Below are positions 31,873-41,640 of a stretch of DNA of 64,000 nt, in pieces. The translations under genes and the position numbers were made by a program. Location of the stretch: sequence record DRR723986_622; one strand, given 5' to 3'. Below the pieces are notes generated by a model. It saw nothing but the letters and a program-made list of their open reading frames with translations. It did not search any database and was not told where the DNA came from. Numbering within the stretch: the first letter of the stretch is position 1; each line of letters starts with the position of its first letter.

Positions 31873-32871
31873 TTATTTCGGATCGTATCCCCACTTAAGG
31901 TAAATGGAACCCCATGTGAATCCGCCTCCAAATGCAGCGAGAACCAAGTTATCACCTTTTTTCAATTGACTTTCATAGTCCCAAAGGCAAAGAGGAATTG
32001 TAGCAGCGGTCGTGTTGCCATACTTTTCGATATTCATCATCACTTTATCAGATCCGATTCCCATACGATTGGCTGTTGCATTGATTATGCGGAGATTTGC
32101 CTGATGAGGAACAAGCCAAGCTATGTCATCACTAGTCAGTCCATTCTTTTCCATAATCTCAGCACTTACATCTGCCATGTTGGTAACGGCAAATTTGAAT
32201 ACCGAAGAGCCTTCCTGATAAGCATAATGCTCATCAGCATCTAAGGTCTCTTGAGTGGCTGGTCTACGACTTCCCCCAGCTTTCATATGTAAATAAGGTG
32301 CTCCCGATCCATCTGATTTAAGGATAGCATCCACTACTCCAAGATCTTCAGTAGTTGGCTCAAGCATTACCGCTCCGGCGCCATCTCCAAAAAGGATGCA
32401 AGTAGTTCTGTCTTTATAGTTGACGATAGAAGACATTTTATCCGCGCCTACTACGATTACCTTCTTATGAGTCCCTGTCTGAATAAACTGGCTACCCATT
32501 TGTAAAGCATATAGAAAACCTGAACATGCAGCGCCGATATCAAAACTGAAGCTGTTTTTTGCCCCAACCATATCTGCTATGATGTTTGCAGTAGCAGGAA
32601 AAGGCATGTCGGGTGTGACAGTAGCACAAATGATCAAATCTACATCTAAGGGGTCAATGCCGGTTTTTTCTAATAAACCTTTGACTGCTTCAGCACCCAT
32701 TACAGAGGTCCCTTGATCTTCTCCTTTAAGTATTCTTCTTTCTTTTATACCGGTTCTTGAGACTATCCACTCGTCGTTGGTCTCCACGAGCTCCTCAAGT
32801 TCTTTGTTGGTCAACCTGTATTCCGGAACGTAACCTTGTATTCCGGTGATCATGGCTCTGAGTTTGTCCAT
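31873..32871 (-). CDS. fabH: Beta-ketoacyl-ACP synthase III
   Basis: AACSGF (Cys), PHQAN (His), GNT (Asn), [16 protein letters not shown]. Confidence 0.95.
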   Translation of the reverse strand: MDKLRAMITGIQGYVPEYRLTNKELEELVETNDEWIVSRTGIKERRILKGEDQGTSVMGAEAVKGLLEKTGIDPLDVDLIICATVTPDMPFPATANIIADMVGAKNSFSFDIGAACSGFLYALQMGSQFIQTGTHKKVIVVGADKMSSIVNYKDRTTCILFGDGAGAVMLEPTTEDLGVVDAILKSDGSGAPYLHMKAGGSRRPATQETLDADEHYAYQEGSSVFKFAVTNMADVSAEIMEKNGLTSDDIAWLVPHQANLRIINATANRMGIGSDKVMMNIEKYGNTTAATIPLCLWDYESQLKKGDNLVLAAFGGGFTWGSIYLKWGYDPK

Positions 32872-32953
32872 TATGCTTGGTTTAAGTTAAGATGATCAAA
32901 TCAAAATCATCTAAAACTGTATGTTATGGATGTGTTCTATCCTGTAAGGAAGG

Positions 32954-32961
32954 CAAAAATA
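32954..32961 (-). promoter_or_regulatory. -7 element TATTTTTG for fabH-efp-accB-accC
   Basis: CAAAAATA on + strand, downstream of the rpmF terminator. Confidence 0.6.
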
Positions 32962-33042
32962 TTACAATTGTCATTCTCTACCAAAAGAAATCCATTAACG
33001 GAAGGTAATTGGCTTGATTAACAAGCTCTTTTAATTAGAGCT

Positions 33043-33079
33043 AAAAAAAAATCCATCCGCAAGTAGCGAATGGATTTTT
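33043..33079 (-). terminator. Intrinsic terminator after rpmF
   Basis: On the - strand AAAAATCCATTCGC-TACTT-GCGGATGGAT followed by a T run. Confidence 0.8.
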
Positions 33080-33098
33080 GTATGATTGAGATGACTGA

Positions 33099-33290
33099 TT
33101 AAGCCAGGATTTCTTTCTCAATGATAACTTGTCCTTTGTAGTACAATTTACCGTCCAACCAGAAAGCTCTGTGTGGAAGGTGCATTTCGCCTGTAGTAGG
33201 ACATTTAGCCAAACCTGGAGCCTCTAACTTGTAATGAGTTCTTCTTTTATCTCTTCTGGTTTTCGAAATTTTTCGTTTAGGATGTGCCAT
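33099..33290 (-). CDS. rpmF: 50S ribosomal protein L32
   Basis: [19 protein letters not shown]. Confidence 0.97.
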   Translation of the reverse strand: MAHPKRKISKTRRDKRRTHYKLEAPGLAKCPTTGEMHLPHRAFWLDGKLYYKGQVIIEKEILA

Positions 33291-33308
33291 TTTATGCGTG
33301 GTTTATGA

Positions 33309-33878
33309 TTATTCCTTGTTTTTTAACTTTTTTAAAAGATCCCATCTAGGATCCACTGGTTTATTATCTTCGTCAGAATCAGAGTCTTCTTCGGAGTTAT
33401 TTGAATCTTGCCCATCTATGTACGCGTAGATTCCTTCTCCTTCGTAATCCTCATCATCCAATTCATTTCTGTAATCGGGGTGAATCTTTTTTAGAGGCAA
33501 AGCCAATAAAATAAATTCGTAAATCAGCTGAGCTACATTGACTTTCGGTGTATCGCGAGTGATCATGATTACATCTTCGTCAATTTCTTTTTCCTCAGCA
33601 CCAAACTTATAGATCATTTTTTCATGGAAGTCCAGCGGCTGCTCAAAAGGCTCCAGACTTCTATCGCAAGTCAAGGTTACTTTCCCCGCAATATGAAAAT
33701 CCATTTCAATTAAGTTGGCTCCGACTTTCATTTTGATCCGTACGATCAAATTGCCTTTTTTAACAAGTTCGTTGTCTTCGAAGTGTTGGAAAAATGAATC
33801 TCCAATTTCGAAGTCAATTTCGTGGATGCCTTCGAGGAACTTAATGACCTCAATATCAAATGTTCTCCAGAATTTCAC
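33309..33878 (-). CDS. yceD: YceD/DUF177 family protein
   Basis: CDRSLE, YEFILLALP, DPRWDLLKKL; canonical position upstream of rpmF; GTG start. Confidence 0.9.
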   Translation of the reverse strand: MKFWRTFDIEVIKFLEGIHEIDFEIGDSFFQHFEDNELVKKGNLIVRIKMKVGANLIEMDFHIAGKVTLTCDRSLEPFEQPLDFHEKMIYKFGAEEKEIDEDVIMITRDTPKVNVAQLIYEFILLALPLKKIHPDYRNELDDEDYEGEGIYAYIDGQDSNNSEEDSDSDEDNKPVDPRWDLLKKLKNKE

Positions 33879-33903
33879 GATACCTCCTCTCGATTTAAGA
33901 CCG

Positions 33904-33911
33904 CAAAAATA
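33904..33911 (-). promoter_or_regulatory. -7 element TATTTTTG for yceD-rpmF
   Basis: CAAAAATA on + strand, 25 nt upstream of the start. Confidence 0.65.
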
Positions 33912-33987
33912 GTGAATTATTATAAAAGGATGAAAGAGATTTTAAAATAATCTTTGGTTGTATTCAATAAATCTCTCCTTTTTACGC

Positions 33988-35010
33988 TTAATTCTCTGAT
34001 TCCTGCGGGTTGTGTTGTTGAATAATGTCTGCTGCAAGGAAAATAGCGGCTCTCATAGAGCCTTCATCTGCAATGTTTTTCCCTGCAATATTATAAGCAG
34101 TGCCATGATCAGGCGAAGTTCTAACTACGGGAAGGCCTGCGGTAAAGTTTACTCCGATGCTGAATGCCATTGATTTGAAAGGTACTAATCCTTGATCATG
34201 ATACATGGCCAACACCCCATCGAATTTAGTCTGATGCGCCATACCAAAGAATCCATCTGCAGGATAAGGCCCAAAAACCATTTTGTTTTGATCCTTCAGC
34301 GCATGGATAGCAGGTTTGATGATTTGTTCTTCCTCTTCACCCAAAAGTCCATCTTCGCCAGCATGGGGATTTAGGCCTAGAATGGCGATCTTTGGCTTAT
34401 TGATACCAAAGTCTTTTTCCAATGTTTTGAGAAGAATATTGGCTTTTTCAATAATCCGCTCTTGGGTTACATTTTCTGCCACTTTTGCCAACGGCACATG
34501 ACCTGTTACTAAACCTACACGGAATTGCTCGGCGACCATAAGCATTAAGCTGTCTTTTGATCCAACCGCCTCGGTAATAAATTCAGTATGTCCAACAAAG
34601 TGTAATTCTTCTGAATTGACGTTGTTTTTATTAAGTGGCGCAGTGACTAAAGCTTGAATTTTTCCTTCTTTCAAATCATTTACAGCCATTTTCAAGGCTT
34701 CCAAAGCAAATTTTCCAGCTTCCTGAGTTTCCACACCTGGAATAACTTCAGGACATTCTTCGGCAGCATTGATTACATTGATTCGCTTATGCTGAATCTC
34801 GTCTATGCTTCTGATCTGTGCAAAATTGAAATCATCTAAGCCAAGCTGTTTCCTGTAGAAAGTCAGTGCTTTACCATGCGCATAAATCAGCGGAGTAAAT
34901 GACTTATAGGTTCTATTGTCTAGCAAGGCTTTCATGGTGACTTCTACGCCTATGCCGTTGATGTCGCCAATGCTAATTCCGATAATGGGTTTGATCTTTC
35001 GTTGATGCAT
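33988..35010 (-). CDS. pdxA: 4-hydroxythreonine-4-phosphate dehydrogenase
   Basis: GDINGIGVE, TAPLNK, GHTE, LNPHAGE, MYHDQGL, RTSPDHGTA. Confidence 0.95.
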   Translation of the reverse strand: MHQRKIKPIIGISIGDINGIGVEVTMKALLDNRTYKSFTPLIYAHGKALTFYRKQLGLDDFNFAQIRSIDEIQHKRINVINAAEECPEVIPGVETQEAGKFALEALKMAVNDLKEGKIQALVTAPLNKNNVNSEELHFVGHTEFITEAVGSKDSLMLMVAEQFRVGLVTGHVPLAKVAENVTQERIIEKANILLKTLEKDFGINKPKIAILGLNPHAGEDGLLGEEEEQIIKPAIHALKDQNKMVFGPYPADGFFGMAHQTKFDGVLAMYHDQGLVPFKSMAFSIGVNFTAGLPVVRTSPDHGTAYNIAGKNIADEGSMRAAIFLAADIIQQHNPQESEN

Positions 35011-35087
35011 ATAAATTATAATGTGGACTAGGTGTTAAGGTTTGGTCAAGCCTCCTCATGTAAGCTAGTCCTTTAGAATTATTCTCT

Positions 35088-35095
35088 TAATTTTG
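35088..35095 (+). promoter_or_regulatory. -7 element TAATTTTG for rsmA-mgtE-dehydrogenase
   Basis: Consensus match 36 nt upstream of the rsmA ATG. Confidence 0.55.
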
Positions 35096-35131
35096 AGATT
35101 GCAATTTATAAAAATTTATCTGAGCTAACCG

Positions 35132-35917
35132 ATGGAAAAGGTCAAAGCCAAGAAACACTTGGGACAGCATTTTTTGACCGATTTGAGTATTGCGGAGCAA
35201 ATAGCTCAAGCGGTCAAAGGGCATAACGGAGTATCAAAAGTTCTGGAAATAGGGCCTGGTATGGGGGTGCTTACTGATTTCTTAATGAAGGGAAATCTGG
35301 ATTTATATCTAATCGATATCGACAAGGAATCCATTGTTTACCTACATAAGAAATATCCGGAGCTAGGAGATAAGATCATTGAAGGGGATTTTCTAAAAAT
35401 GAATCTTGAAGAAGTCTTTACTGATAAGTTTGCCATCGCTGGTAATTTCCCGTACAATATTTCTTCCCAGATATTTTTCAAGGTACTGGATGTAAAAGAT
35501 CAGGTGACAGAAGTGGTTTGTATGCTTCAGAAGGAAGTGGCCGAACGAATCGCTTCGCCAAAGGGAAATAAAGATTACGGAATTTTGTCTGTCCTTTTAC
35601 AGTCTTATTACGATATAGAATACCTATTCACAGTCCCACCTCATGTTTTCGACCCGCCTCCAAAAGTCAATTCTGGTGTTATCCGCCTAACCAGAAATGC
35701 GACTGAAAAATTAGATTGCAACGAAAAGTTATTTAAGCAGGTTGTAAAGGCAGGATTTGGTAATAGAAGGAAAACCCTTCGAAACTGTCTGAAGCCTTTT
35801 AACCTTCCTGAAGAGTTTAATTCAAATCCCATTTTGAATCTGCGTGCCGAACAATTGGACGTAGCTGAATTCATATTTCTAACCCAAACAATCGAAGCTT
35901 CCCGTGGAAATCATTAA
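35132..35917 (+). CDS. rsmA: 16S rRNA m6,6A dimethyltransferase RsmA/KsgA
   Basis: KKHLGQHFL, LEIGPGMG, GNFPYNISS, MLQKEVA, FDPPPKV. Confidence 0.96.
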   Translation: MEKVKAKKHLGQHFLTDLSIAEQIAQAVKGHNGVSKVLEIGPGMGVLTDFLMKGNLDLYLIDIDKESIVYLHKKYPELGDKIIEGDFLKMNLEEVFTDKFAIAGNFPYNISSQIFFKVLDVKDQVTEVVCMLQKEVAERIASPKGNKDYGILSVLLQSYYDIEYLFTVPPHVFDPPPKVNSGVIRLTRNATEKLDCNEKLFKQVVKAGFGNRRKTLRNCLKPFNLPEEFNSNPILNLRAEQLDVAEFIFLTQTIEASRGNH

Positions 35918-37271
35918 GCAGTTTGAACTTTCGAAGGAGTACTTAGAAAGCCTGCAGCAGGCGATTGAAGCAGAGGACTTGAACTTTATTCAAGAGACCC
36001 TTAGCGGGGTCAATGTCGCAGATATTGCCGCTTTGCTCGATGAGTTGTCCATGGCCGAGTCAATCTTTGTGCTAAGGGTGCTGGACGCTCAGTTGGCGGC
36101 GGATATTATCATCGAGTTAGAAGCTACAAATCAGCACCGGGTATTAAAGGAGCTGGAAGTTCAGGAAATGGCTAACCTGATTGAGTTGATGGACTCTGAT
36201 GATGGAGCTGATATTTTAAATCTTTTCCTCGAAAGAGAACGGGAAGATATCATCAGCCATTTTCAGGATAAGGTAAAGTCAGATCAAATTCTGGAACTTT
36301 TACGCTATGATGAAGACACCGCGGGTGGTATTATGGCGAAGGAATATATTCGGGCCAATAAGAACTGGAATGTAGTTCAGACCATCAATGAGATCCGTCG
36401 TCAGGCAGAAAATGTAAGTAAGATATATTCCATTTTTGTTGTGAATAATCGGCAGCAATTGATGGGGATTGTTTCGCTGAAGCGCATTGTATTGGCTTCA
36501 GATGAAACAAAGATTGAGGATATCTACGAGGAAGAAGTGATCTCAGTGCCTACTTACATGGATCAGGAAGAGGTGGCTGAGGTCATGCGAAAGTATGATT
36601 TGGAATCACTGCCGGTGGTAAATAGTAAGAATAAGTTGGTTGGGAGAATTACAGTCGATGATATTCTAGATGTAATCCGTGAGGAAGCCGAGGAAGATAT
36701 TCAGGCAATGACAGGTATTTCTGATACCGTCGATGAGTATGACAGTGTTATCAAGCTTTCCAAGGCTAGACTCCCTTGGCTACTGATAGGAATTTGCGGT
36801 GGACTACTTGGTGCTGGATTTATTGGCTTTTTTGAAGAAGGGCTAAGTAAGGTTACTGCACTTGCCTTTTTCATCCCGCTAATCACTGCAACTGGCGGGA
36901 ATGTAGGAATTCAAACTTCCTCAATCGTAGTCCAGTCTCTTGCCAGTAAATCCATCTTCGATGATTCCATGGCCAAAAGATTCCTGAAAGTGCTTTTAGT
37001 CGCGATTTTAAATGGGTTGATTCTAGCCACTTTTGTATTTGGCGTGGTAGTTTTATTCTACAAGACCGACGTGTCATTCGCGATGGTCGTCTCAATTGCT
37101 TTGTTTTCAGTGGTGTTACTTGCCTCATTTATGGGGACGATTACGCCGATTATACTTGATAAAATTGGAATTAATCCCGCTTTGGCTTCGGGACCATTTA
37201 TCACCACAGCAAATGATCTGATTGGACTGGCAGTTTATTTTTTGGTTGCCATGTCGCTTTTACACATTTAA
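35904..37271 (+). CDS. mgtE: Magnesium transporter MgtE
   Basis: Acidic N-domain, TAGGIM, CBS pair, ARLPWL, TGGNVG, PALASGPFITTAND; GTG start. Confidence 0.95.
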   Translation: MEIIKQFELSKEYLESLQQAIEAEDLNFIQETLSGVNVADIAALLDELSMAESIFVLRVLDAQLAADIIIELEATNQHRVLKELEVQEMANLIELMDSDDGADILNLFLEREREDIISHFQDKVKSDQILELLRYDEDTAGGIMAKEYIRANKNWNVVQTINEIRRQAENVSKIYSIFVVNNRQQLMGIVSLKRIVLASDETKIEDIYEEEVISVPTYMDQEEVAEVMRKYDLESLPVVNSKNKLVGRITVDDILDVIREEAEEDIQAMTGISDTVDEYDSVIKLSKARLPWLLIGICGGLLGAGFIGFFEEGLSKVTALAFFIPLITATGGNVGIQTSSIVVQSLASKSIFDDSMAKRFLKVLLVAILNGLILATFVFGVVVLFYKTDVSFAMVVSIALFSVVLLASFMGTITPIILDKIGINPALASGPFITTANDLIGLAVYFLVAMSLLHI

Positions 37272-37281
37272 TTATCAGAAA

Positions 37282-38217
37282 ATGAAGATTCTTATCATTG
37301 ATGAAATGCATCACAGCATTATGCCCATGTTGGAAAAAGATAGGCATGAAGTTATTTATGCTCCTAAAATAACCCGTGATGAAATTGCAGCTTGCATTGC
37401 TGAGTTTGATGGGTTGATCATTCGATCCAAAACTCCTATGGATAGGGAGCTTTTGCAGAAGGCTACTAAATTGAAATTTATAGGAAGAGCGGGAGCAGGG
37501 CTGGACAAAATTGATTTAGAATATATGGCTGAAAGGGGAATTAAGCTTTTCCATGCAGCCAAAGGAAATAGGGATGCTGTGGCAGAGCATGCTGTTGGAA
37601 TGCTTTTAGCGCTTTTCAATAATGTAAAAAAAGCTGACCAGGAAGTTCGCAAAGGGATTTGGGACCGAGAAGGAAATCGTGGTCATGAGCTGATGGGAAA
37701 GACAGTTGGGATCATGGGCTATGGGAATATGGGGAAGTCATTTGCAGATAGACTTAGGGGATTTAAGGTGAATATTATGGCCTACGATAAGTACAAGTTT
37801 GACTTTGCTGATGATTTTGTACAGGAAGTGATGTGGGAAAAGTTGAAAGCTGAAGCTGATATTTTGAGTATTCATATTCCACTTACTCCGGAGACAAAGA
37901 ATTTTTTTACTCTAAAAGAGCTGCAAAGTTTCGCAAAACCTTTTTGGCTGATTAATACTGCAAGGGGAGAGGTGATTAGTTTCAAGACCTTAAATGAGGC
38001 TTTGGATCTTGGGGTTCTGAGAGGAGTTTTGTTGGATGTTTTGGAAAATGAGAAGTTTCAGAAGTTTACGGACGAGCAAAAAGCTGAGTTTGAGAAATTG
38101 GCGGCAAGAGAAAATGTTTTGTTTAGTCCCCACGTAGCCGGCTGGACTTTTGAGTCATACGAGAAGATTAATAAAGTTTTAGCCAAAAGGATCAAAAAGG
38201 CTTTTAAAGACAATTAA
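37282..38217 (+). CDS. D-isomer-specific 2-hydroxyacid dehydrogenase (SerA-like, no ACT domain)
   Basis: RAGAGLDKID, AVAEHA, GIMGYGNMG, INTARG, LDVLENE, SPHVAG; ATG at 37282. Confidence 0.88.
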   Translation: MKILIIDEMHHSIMPMLEKDRHEVIYAPKITRDEIAACIAEFDGLIIRSKTPMDRELLQKATKLKFIGRAGAGLDKIDLEYMAERGIKLFHAAKGNRDAVAEHAVGMLLALFNNVKKADQEVRKGIWDREGNRGHELMGKTVGIMGYGNMGKSFADRLRGFKVNIMAYDKYKFDFADDFVQEVMWEKLKAEADILSIHIPLTPETKNFFTLKELQSFAKPFWLINTARGEVISFKTLNEALDLGVLRGVLLDVLENEKFQKFTDEQKAEFEKLAARENVLFSPHVAGWTFESYEKINKVLAKRIKKAFKDN

Positions 38218-38252
38218 CCCAGTATTTAATAGTAAGACAAAGAAATAGTCGC

Positions 38253-38284
38253 TTTGCTTTGTTTCAAAGCTTTTGCTATCTTTG
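38253..38284 (+). promoter_or_regulatory. greA promoter (-33 TTTG, 20-nt spacer, -7 TATCTTTG)
   Basis: TTTG at 38253-38256 and TATCTTTG at 38277-38284 match the full Bacteroidota consensus. Confidence 0.75.
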
Positions 38285-38304
38285 TACATCAAATACAAGC
38301 CAAT

Positions 38305-38347
38305 AACAAGGTAACGGTCCCGTCTTGCGACCGTTACTTTGTTTTTG
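38305..38347 (+). terminator. Terminator-like hairpin in the greA 5' leader (putative attenuator)
   Basis: GTAACGGTC (38311-38319) / GACCGTTAC (38329-38337) followed by TTTGTTTTT, between promoter and ATG. Confidence 0.65.
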
Positions 38348-38368
38348 TGGCTTTTAATAGAGTTGATT

Positions 38369-38842
38369 ATGGGAGAAATACAATATTATACTGAAGAGGG
38401 CCTAAAGAGATTGAAGGACGAACTTCAAATGCTTAAAACTAAAGGTAGAACTGATATTTCCTTGCAAATAGCAGAGGCAAGAGATAAAGGAGATCTAAGT
38501 GAAAATGCTGAGTACGATGCGGCAAAGGACGCCCAAGGTCACTTAGAGCTTAAGATCGCAAAGCTAGAAGCTGTGGTAGGTAATGCTAGAGTTTTGGATA
38601 GCTCTCAGTTGGATACTTCCAAAGTAGGAATCCTGACTACAGTGAAGATTAAAAATGTAAAAAATGGAATGACTGTCAGTTATACGTTAGTTTCTGAACA
38701 AGAGGCTGATTTGAAAGCTGGCAAAATCTCCTTGGGCTCTCCATTTGGAAAAGGGTTAGTAGGAAAAAAAGTAGGAGATATAGCTGAAGTAAAAGCTCCG
38801 GCAGGGACTCTACAATTTGAAATATTGGATATTACGTTCTAA
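38369..38842 (+). CDS. greA: Transcription elongation factor GreA
   Basis: ARDKGDLSENAEYDAAK, ISLGSPFGKGL; ATG at 38369. Confidence 0.96.
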   Translation: MGEIQYYTEEGLKRLKDELQMLKTKGRTDISLQIAEARDKGDLSENAEYDAAKDAQGHLELKIAKLEAVVGNARVLDSSQLDTSKVGILTTVKIKNVKNGMTVSYTLVSEQEADLKAGKISLGSPFGKGLVGKKVGDIAEVKAPAGTLQFEILDITF

Positions 38843-38846
38843 CATT

Positions 38847-38877
38847 AATCCCGGCTTATGTCGGGATTTTATTTTTA
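38847..38877 (+). terminator. Hairpin/terminator after greA
   Basis: AATCCCGGC-TTAT-GTCGGGATT followed by a T-rich tail. Confidence 0.7.
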
Positions 38878-38883
38878 AAGATT

Positions 38884-39276
38884 ATGGCCACAATTTTCAC
38901 AAAAATTATTAATCGAGAAATCCCCGGTCACATCGTAGCCGAGGATGAGAATTACATCGCTTTTTTAGACATCATGCCTTTGGTCAAAGGCCACGTATTG
39001 GTCGTTCCCAAGAAGGAAGTTGATTATATTTTTGATTTGGAGCCTGAAGTACTTTCTGGCCTACATCTTTTTGCGCAGCAAGTAGCAAAAGCCATAGACA
39101 AAACAATCAAATGCACACGAGTTGGCGTTGCTGTGATTGGATTAGAGGTCCCTCATGTACATGTGCATCTTGTGCCTCTTAGTAGTATGGAGGATATTAA
39201 TTTCAATCGCCCAAAACTGAAACTTTCTAATGAAGAGTTGGCGGAAATTTCTGAGCGTATTCGTGAAGCAGTTTAG
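38884..39276 (+). CDS. HIT family nucleotide hydrolase
   Basis: IFTKII, FLDIMP, GHVLVVPK, HVHVHLVP histidine triad. Confidence 0.93.
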   Translation: MATIFTKIINREIPGHIVAEDENYIAFLDIMPLVKGHVLVVPKKEVDYIFDLEPEVLSGLHLFAQQVAKAIDKTIKCTRVGVAVIGLEVPHVHVHLVPLSSMEDINFNRPKLKLSNEELAEISERIREAV

Positions 39277-39292
39277 TTCATACTCGCTGTGA

Positions 39293-39357
39293 TCAGTCGC
39301 AGTTTGCAGGGATCAGTATTCAGTATTCAACGCTACTGAATACTGAGGCTGCCAACT
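39293..39357. repeat. Hairpin built from heptamer repeats (TCAGTAT / TACTGAA) between convergent genes
   Basis: TCAGTATTCAGTA (39313-39325) / TACTGAATACTGA (39334-39346) perfect arms; outer AGTTTGCAG / CTGCCAACT. Confidence 0.7.
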
Positions 39358-40221
39358 TTATATATCCGTAATCTCATACCTCGGAGTTCCCCCTTTTTTA
39401 CTGGCTACAAAGGCTCCAAGTTTACAGGCGAAGTCCAGTACTTGATCCAAAGGTTGTTTGTCTAGATAGGTTTTGATAAAGCCGCTCAGAAATGCATCAC
39501 CAGCGCCGATACTATCTGCTACTTTTACTTTATAACCTTCATGGCTGATAATTTTCCCGCCTTTATAGATCAAAGCGCCTTTGGATCCTTGGGTGACACA
39601 AATCAAATCTATAGGGAAATGCTGATCTAAATGACTACAAACACTTTCCACACTTGGATCTATGTCAAAGTAGTCTGCAAAGATCACCAGCTCATCCTCA
39701 TTAATTTTTAAAATATCTGTAAAACCCAGTATAACTACTACCATCTCAAAATCATAAAAAGGAGGACGGAAGTTCGCATCAAAAATGCGTAAGGTGTTAT
39801 GATGAAGCAACTTCAGGAGGGTAATTAAGCTACCAGCATTGCGTACAGCTAGGGTTCCAAAAACAAATGCTTTTGATTCAGCCACAGCTTGACTTATAGT
39901 GTTATTCCATTGAATAAAATCCCAAGCTACGGGAGAGACGATGGTGTATTTAATATTTTCGGGGTCGTCGTCATTTACCAATACCTTTGAGGTTTCATGC
40001 TCCTCATTTACCTGAATCAGATCAACTGGTAAATCAAAGGTTTGTAAAAAGTCAATAAGTTTTTGGCCATCCTCATCATTTCCTATAGCGGAGATTAACC
40101 GGGAATTCAGTCCAAGCTGATGAAGATTTAGAGTGACGTTCATCGGGGCTCCTCCAGGCACTGGGCCAGAGGGTAAGCAATCCCAAAGCATTTCTCCGAA
40201 AATGACTACTTTATGCTGCAT
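39358..40221 (-). CDS. PfkB-family carbohydrate kinase (fructokinase-like)
   Basis: GEMLWD, GGAPMNV, FDANFR, KINEDE, DSIGAGDAF. Confidence 0.88.
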   Translation of the reverse strand: MQHKVVIFGEMLWDCLPSGPVPGGAPMNVTLNLHQLGLNSRLISAIGNDEDGQKLIDFLQTFDLPVDLIQVNEEHETSKVLVNDDDPENIKYTIVSPVAWDFIQWNNTISQAVAESKAFVFGTLAVRNAGSLITLLKLLHHNTLRIFDANFRPPFYDFEMVVVILGFTDILKINEDELVIFADYFDIDPSVESVCSHLDQHFPIDLICVTQGSKGALIYKGGKIISHEGYKVKVADSIGAGDAFLSGFIKTYLDKQPLDQVLDFACKLGAFVASKKGGTPRYEITDI

Positions 40222-41557
40222 CGGTATTATGTAAGTCTTGTTGAATCTCTTCCAAGGATCGTCCTTTGGTTTCTGGCATTTTGAATTTCACCCAAAGTAA
40301 TTGCCAGACCATCATCAATGCGAAGAAGGCAAAGATATATCCTGGACCAAATTGATTGGCAAAATAGGGAAAAACATTTGCAATCAATGCTGCCAGAATC
40401 CAATGTGTGAAACAGCCGATGGATTGACCGTAAGCTCGAAGTTCATTAGGAAATACTTCTGATATAAACACCCAAATAACAGAGCCTTGTCCTACGGCAT
40501 GTGAAGTAATGAATGCAAACACAAATATCGGTAACCAGAAGTTATCAATTCCTCCCACCAGAAAATTATAGGCCATAAGTGAAAGTGAAATAATGTAACC
40601 AATGGACCCTATATACATCAGTTTTTTCCTGCCTATTCTATCAATCAAATATAAGCCAACAAAGGTTGCAAATAAATTTACTACACCAATTCCAATGGTT
40701 GAGAATAAAGCAGATTCTGTGGATATACCTGCCATTTCAAATACCCGGGGAGCAAAATAAATGATCGCATTGATCCCAGAAACCTGATTGAAAAAGGCAA
40801 TGAAAATCGCCAGCATGGTGGTAGATAGGAATGCCCTGCTGAATAGTGCGGAAAAGCTTCCTTTTTCCTTAATACTTTGCTCTTCAATGATTGCCAGACG
40901 AATTGCTTCATCTACTCCGTCAGGATCAGTTCTTGTCAGAATTTCCCTTGCTTTGACTTGGTCATTGAACTTAGCGATTAACCATCTGGGACTTTCTGGA
41001 ATTCTAACTATCATCGCTGTATATATCAACGCGGGAACTGCTTCCATGCCTAACATCCATCTCCAGTCATTTTCAATTCCGGCTGTGCCAATCAAATAGT
41101 TCGAAAGATAAGCCATCAAAATACCGAATACGATATTGAATTGATATAGAGCCACAAGTAAGCCTCTGTTTTTGGCAGGTGCGATTTCAGAAATGTACAT
41201 AGGAGCAACCACTGAAGAAGCTCCGACTCCTAAGCCTCCTATGAATCTAAAAAACATAAAGGAAAACTCGTCTGGAGCCATTCCTGATCCCACTGCAGAG
41301 ATGAGATACAATGCTCCGATCCAGAACAGACTCTTTTTCCTACCAAATTTGTCTGCTGGTATTCCTCCAAATAAAGCTCCGATTACTGTACCATAAAGGG
41401 CCATGGCAATCGCCAATCCATGGGTAAGATCATTTAATTTCCAGACATCTTGAATTGCTCGCTCAGCCCCGGAAATTACAGCTGTGTCAAATCCAAATAA
41501 AAAGCCACCCAATGCGGCCGTGATTGAGAGGAAAAAGGCATATTTTTTTGAGGACAT
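40211..41557 (-). CDS. Sugar porter (MFS) transporter
   Basis: GGFLFGFDTAVISG, DKFGRK, PMYISEIAP, PESPRWL, NQVSGINAIIY, PETKGRSLEE. Confidence 0.93.
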   Translation of the reverse strand: MSSKKYAFFLSITAALGGFLFGFDTAVISGAERAIQDVWKLNDLTHGLAIAMALYGTVIGALFGGIPADKFGRKKSLFWIGALYLISAVGSGMAPDEFSFMFFRFIGGLGVGASSVVAPMYISEIAPAKNRGLLVALYQFNIVFGILMAYLSNYLIGTAGIENDWRWMLGMEAVPALIYTAMIVRIPESPRWLIAKFNDQVKAREILTRTDPDGVDEAIRLAIIEEQSIKEKGSFSALFSRAFLSTTMLAIFIAFFNQVSGINAIIYFAPRVFEMAGISTESALFSTIGIGVVNLFATFVGLYLIDRIGRKKLMYIGSIGYIISLSLMAYNFLVGGIDNFWLPIFVFAFITSHAVGQGSVIWVFISEVFPNELRAYGQSIGCFTHWILAALIANVFPYFANQFGPGYIFAFFALMMVWQLLWVKFKMPETKGRSLEEIQQDLHNTDAA

Positions 41558-41640
41558 CAGCTGTTTTGGGTTATTTTAGGATGCTAATCTAAAGAGAAGC
41601 ACAATAAATCAAAACCTGGTAATACACTTTACCTTCTTAT

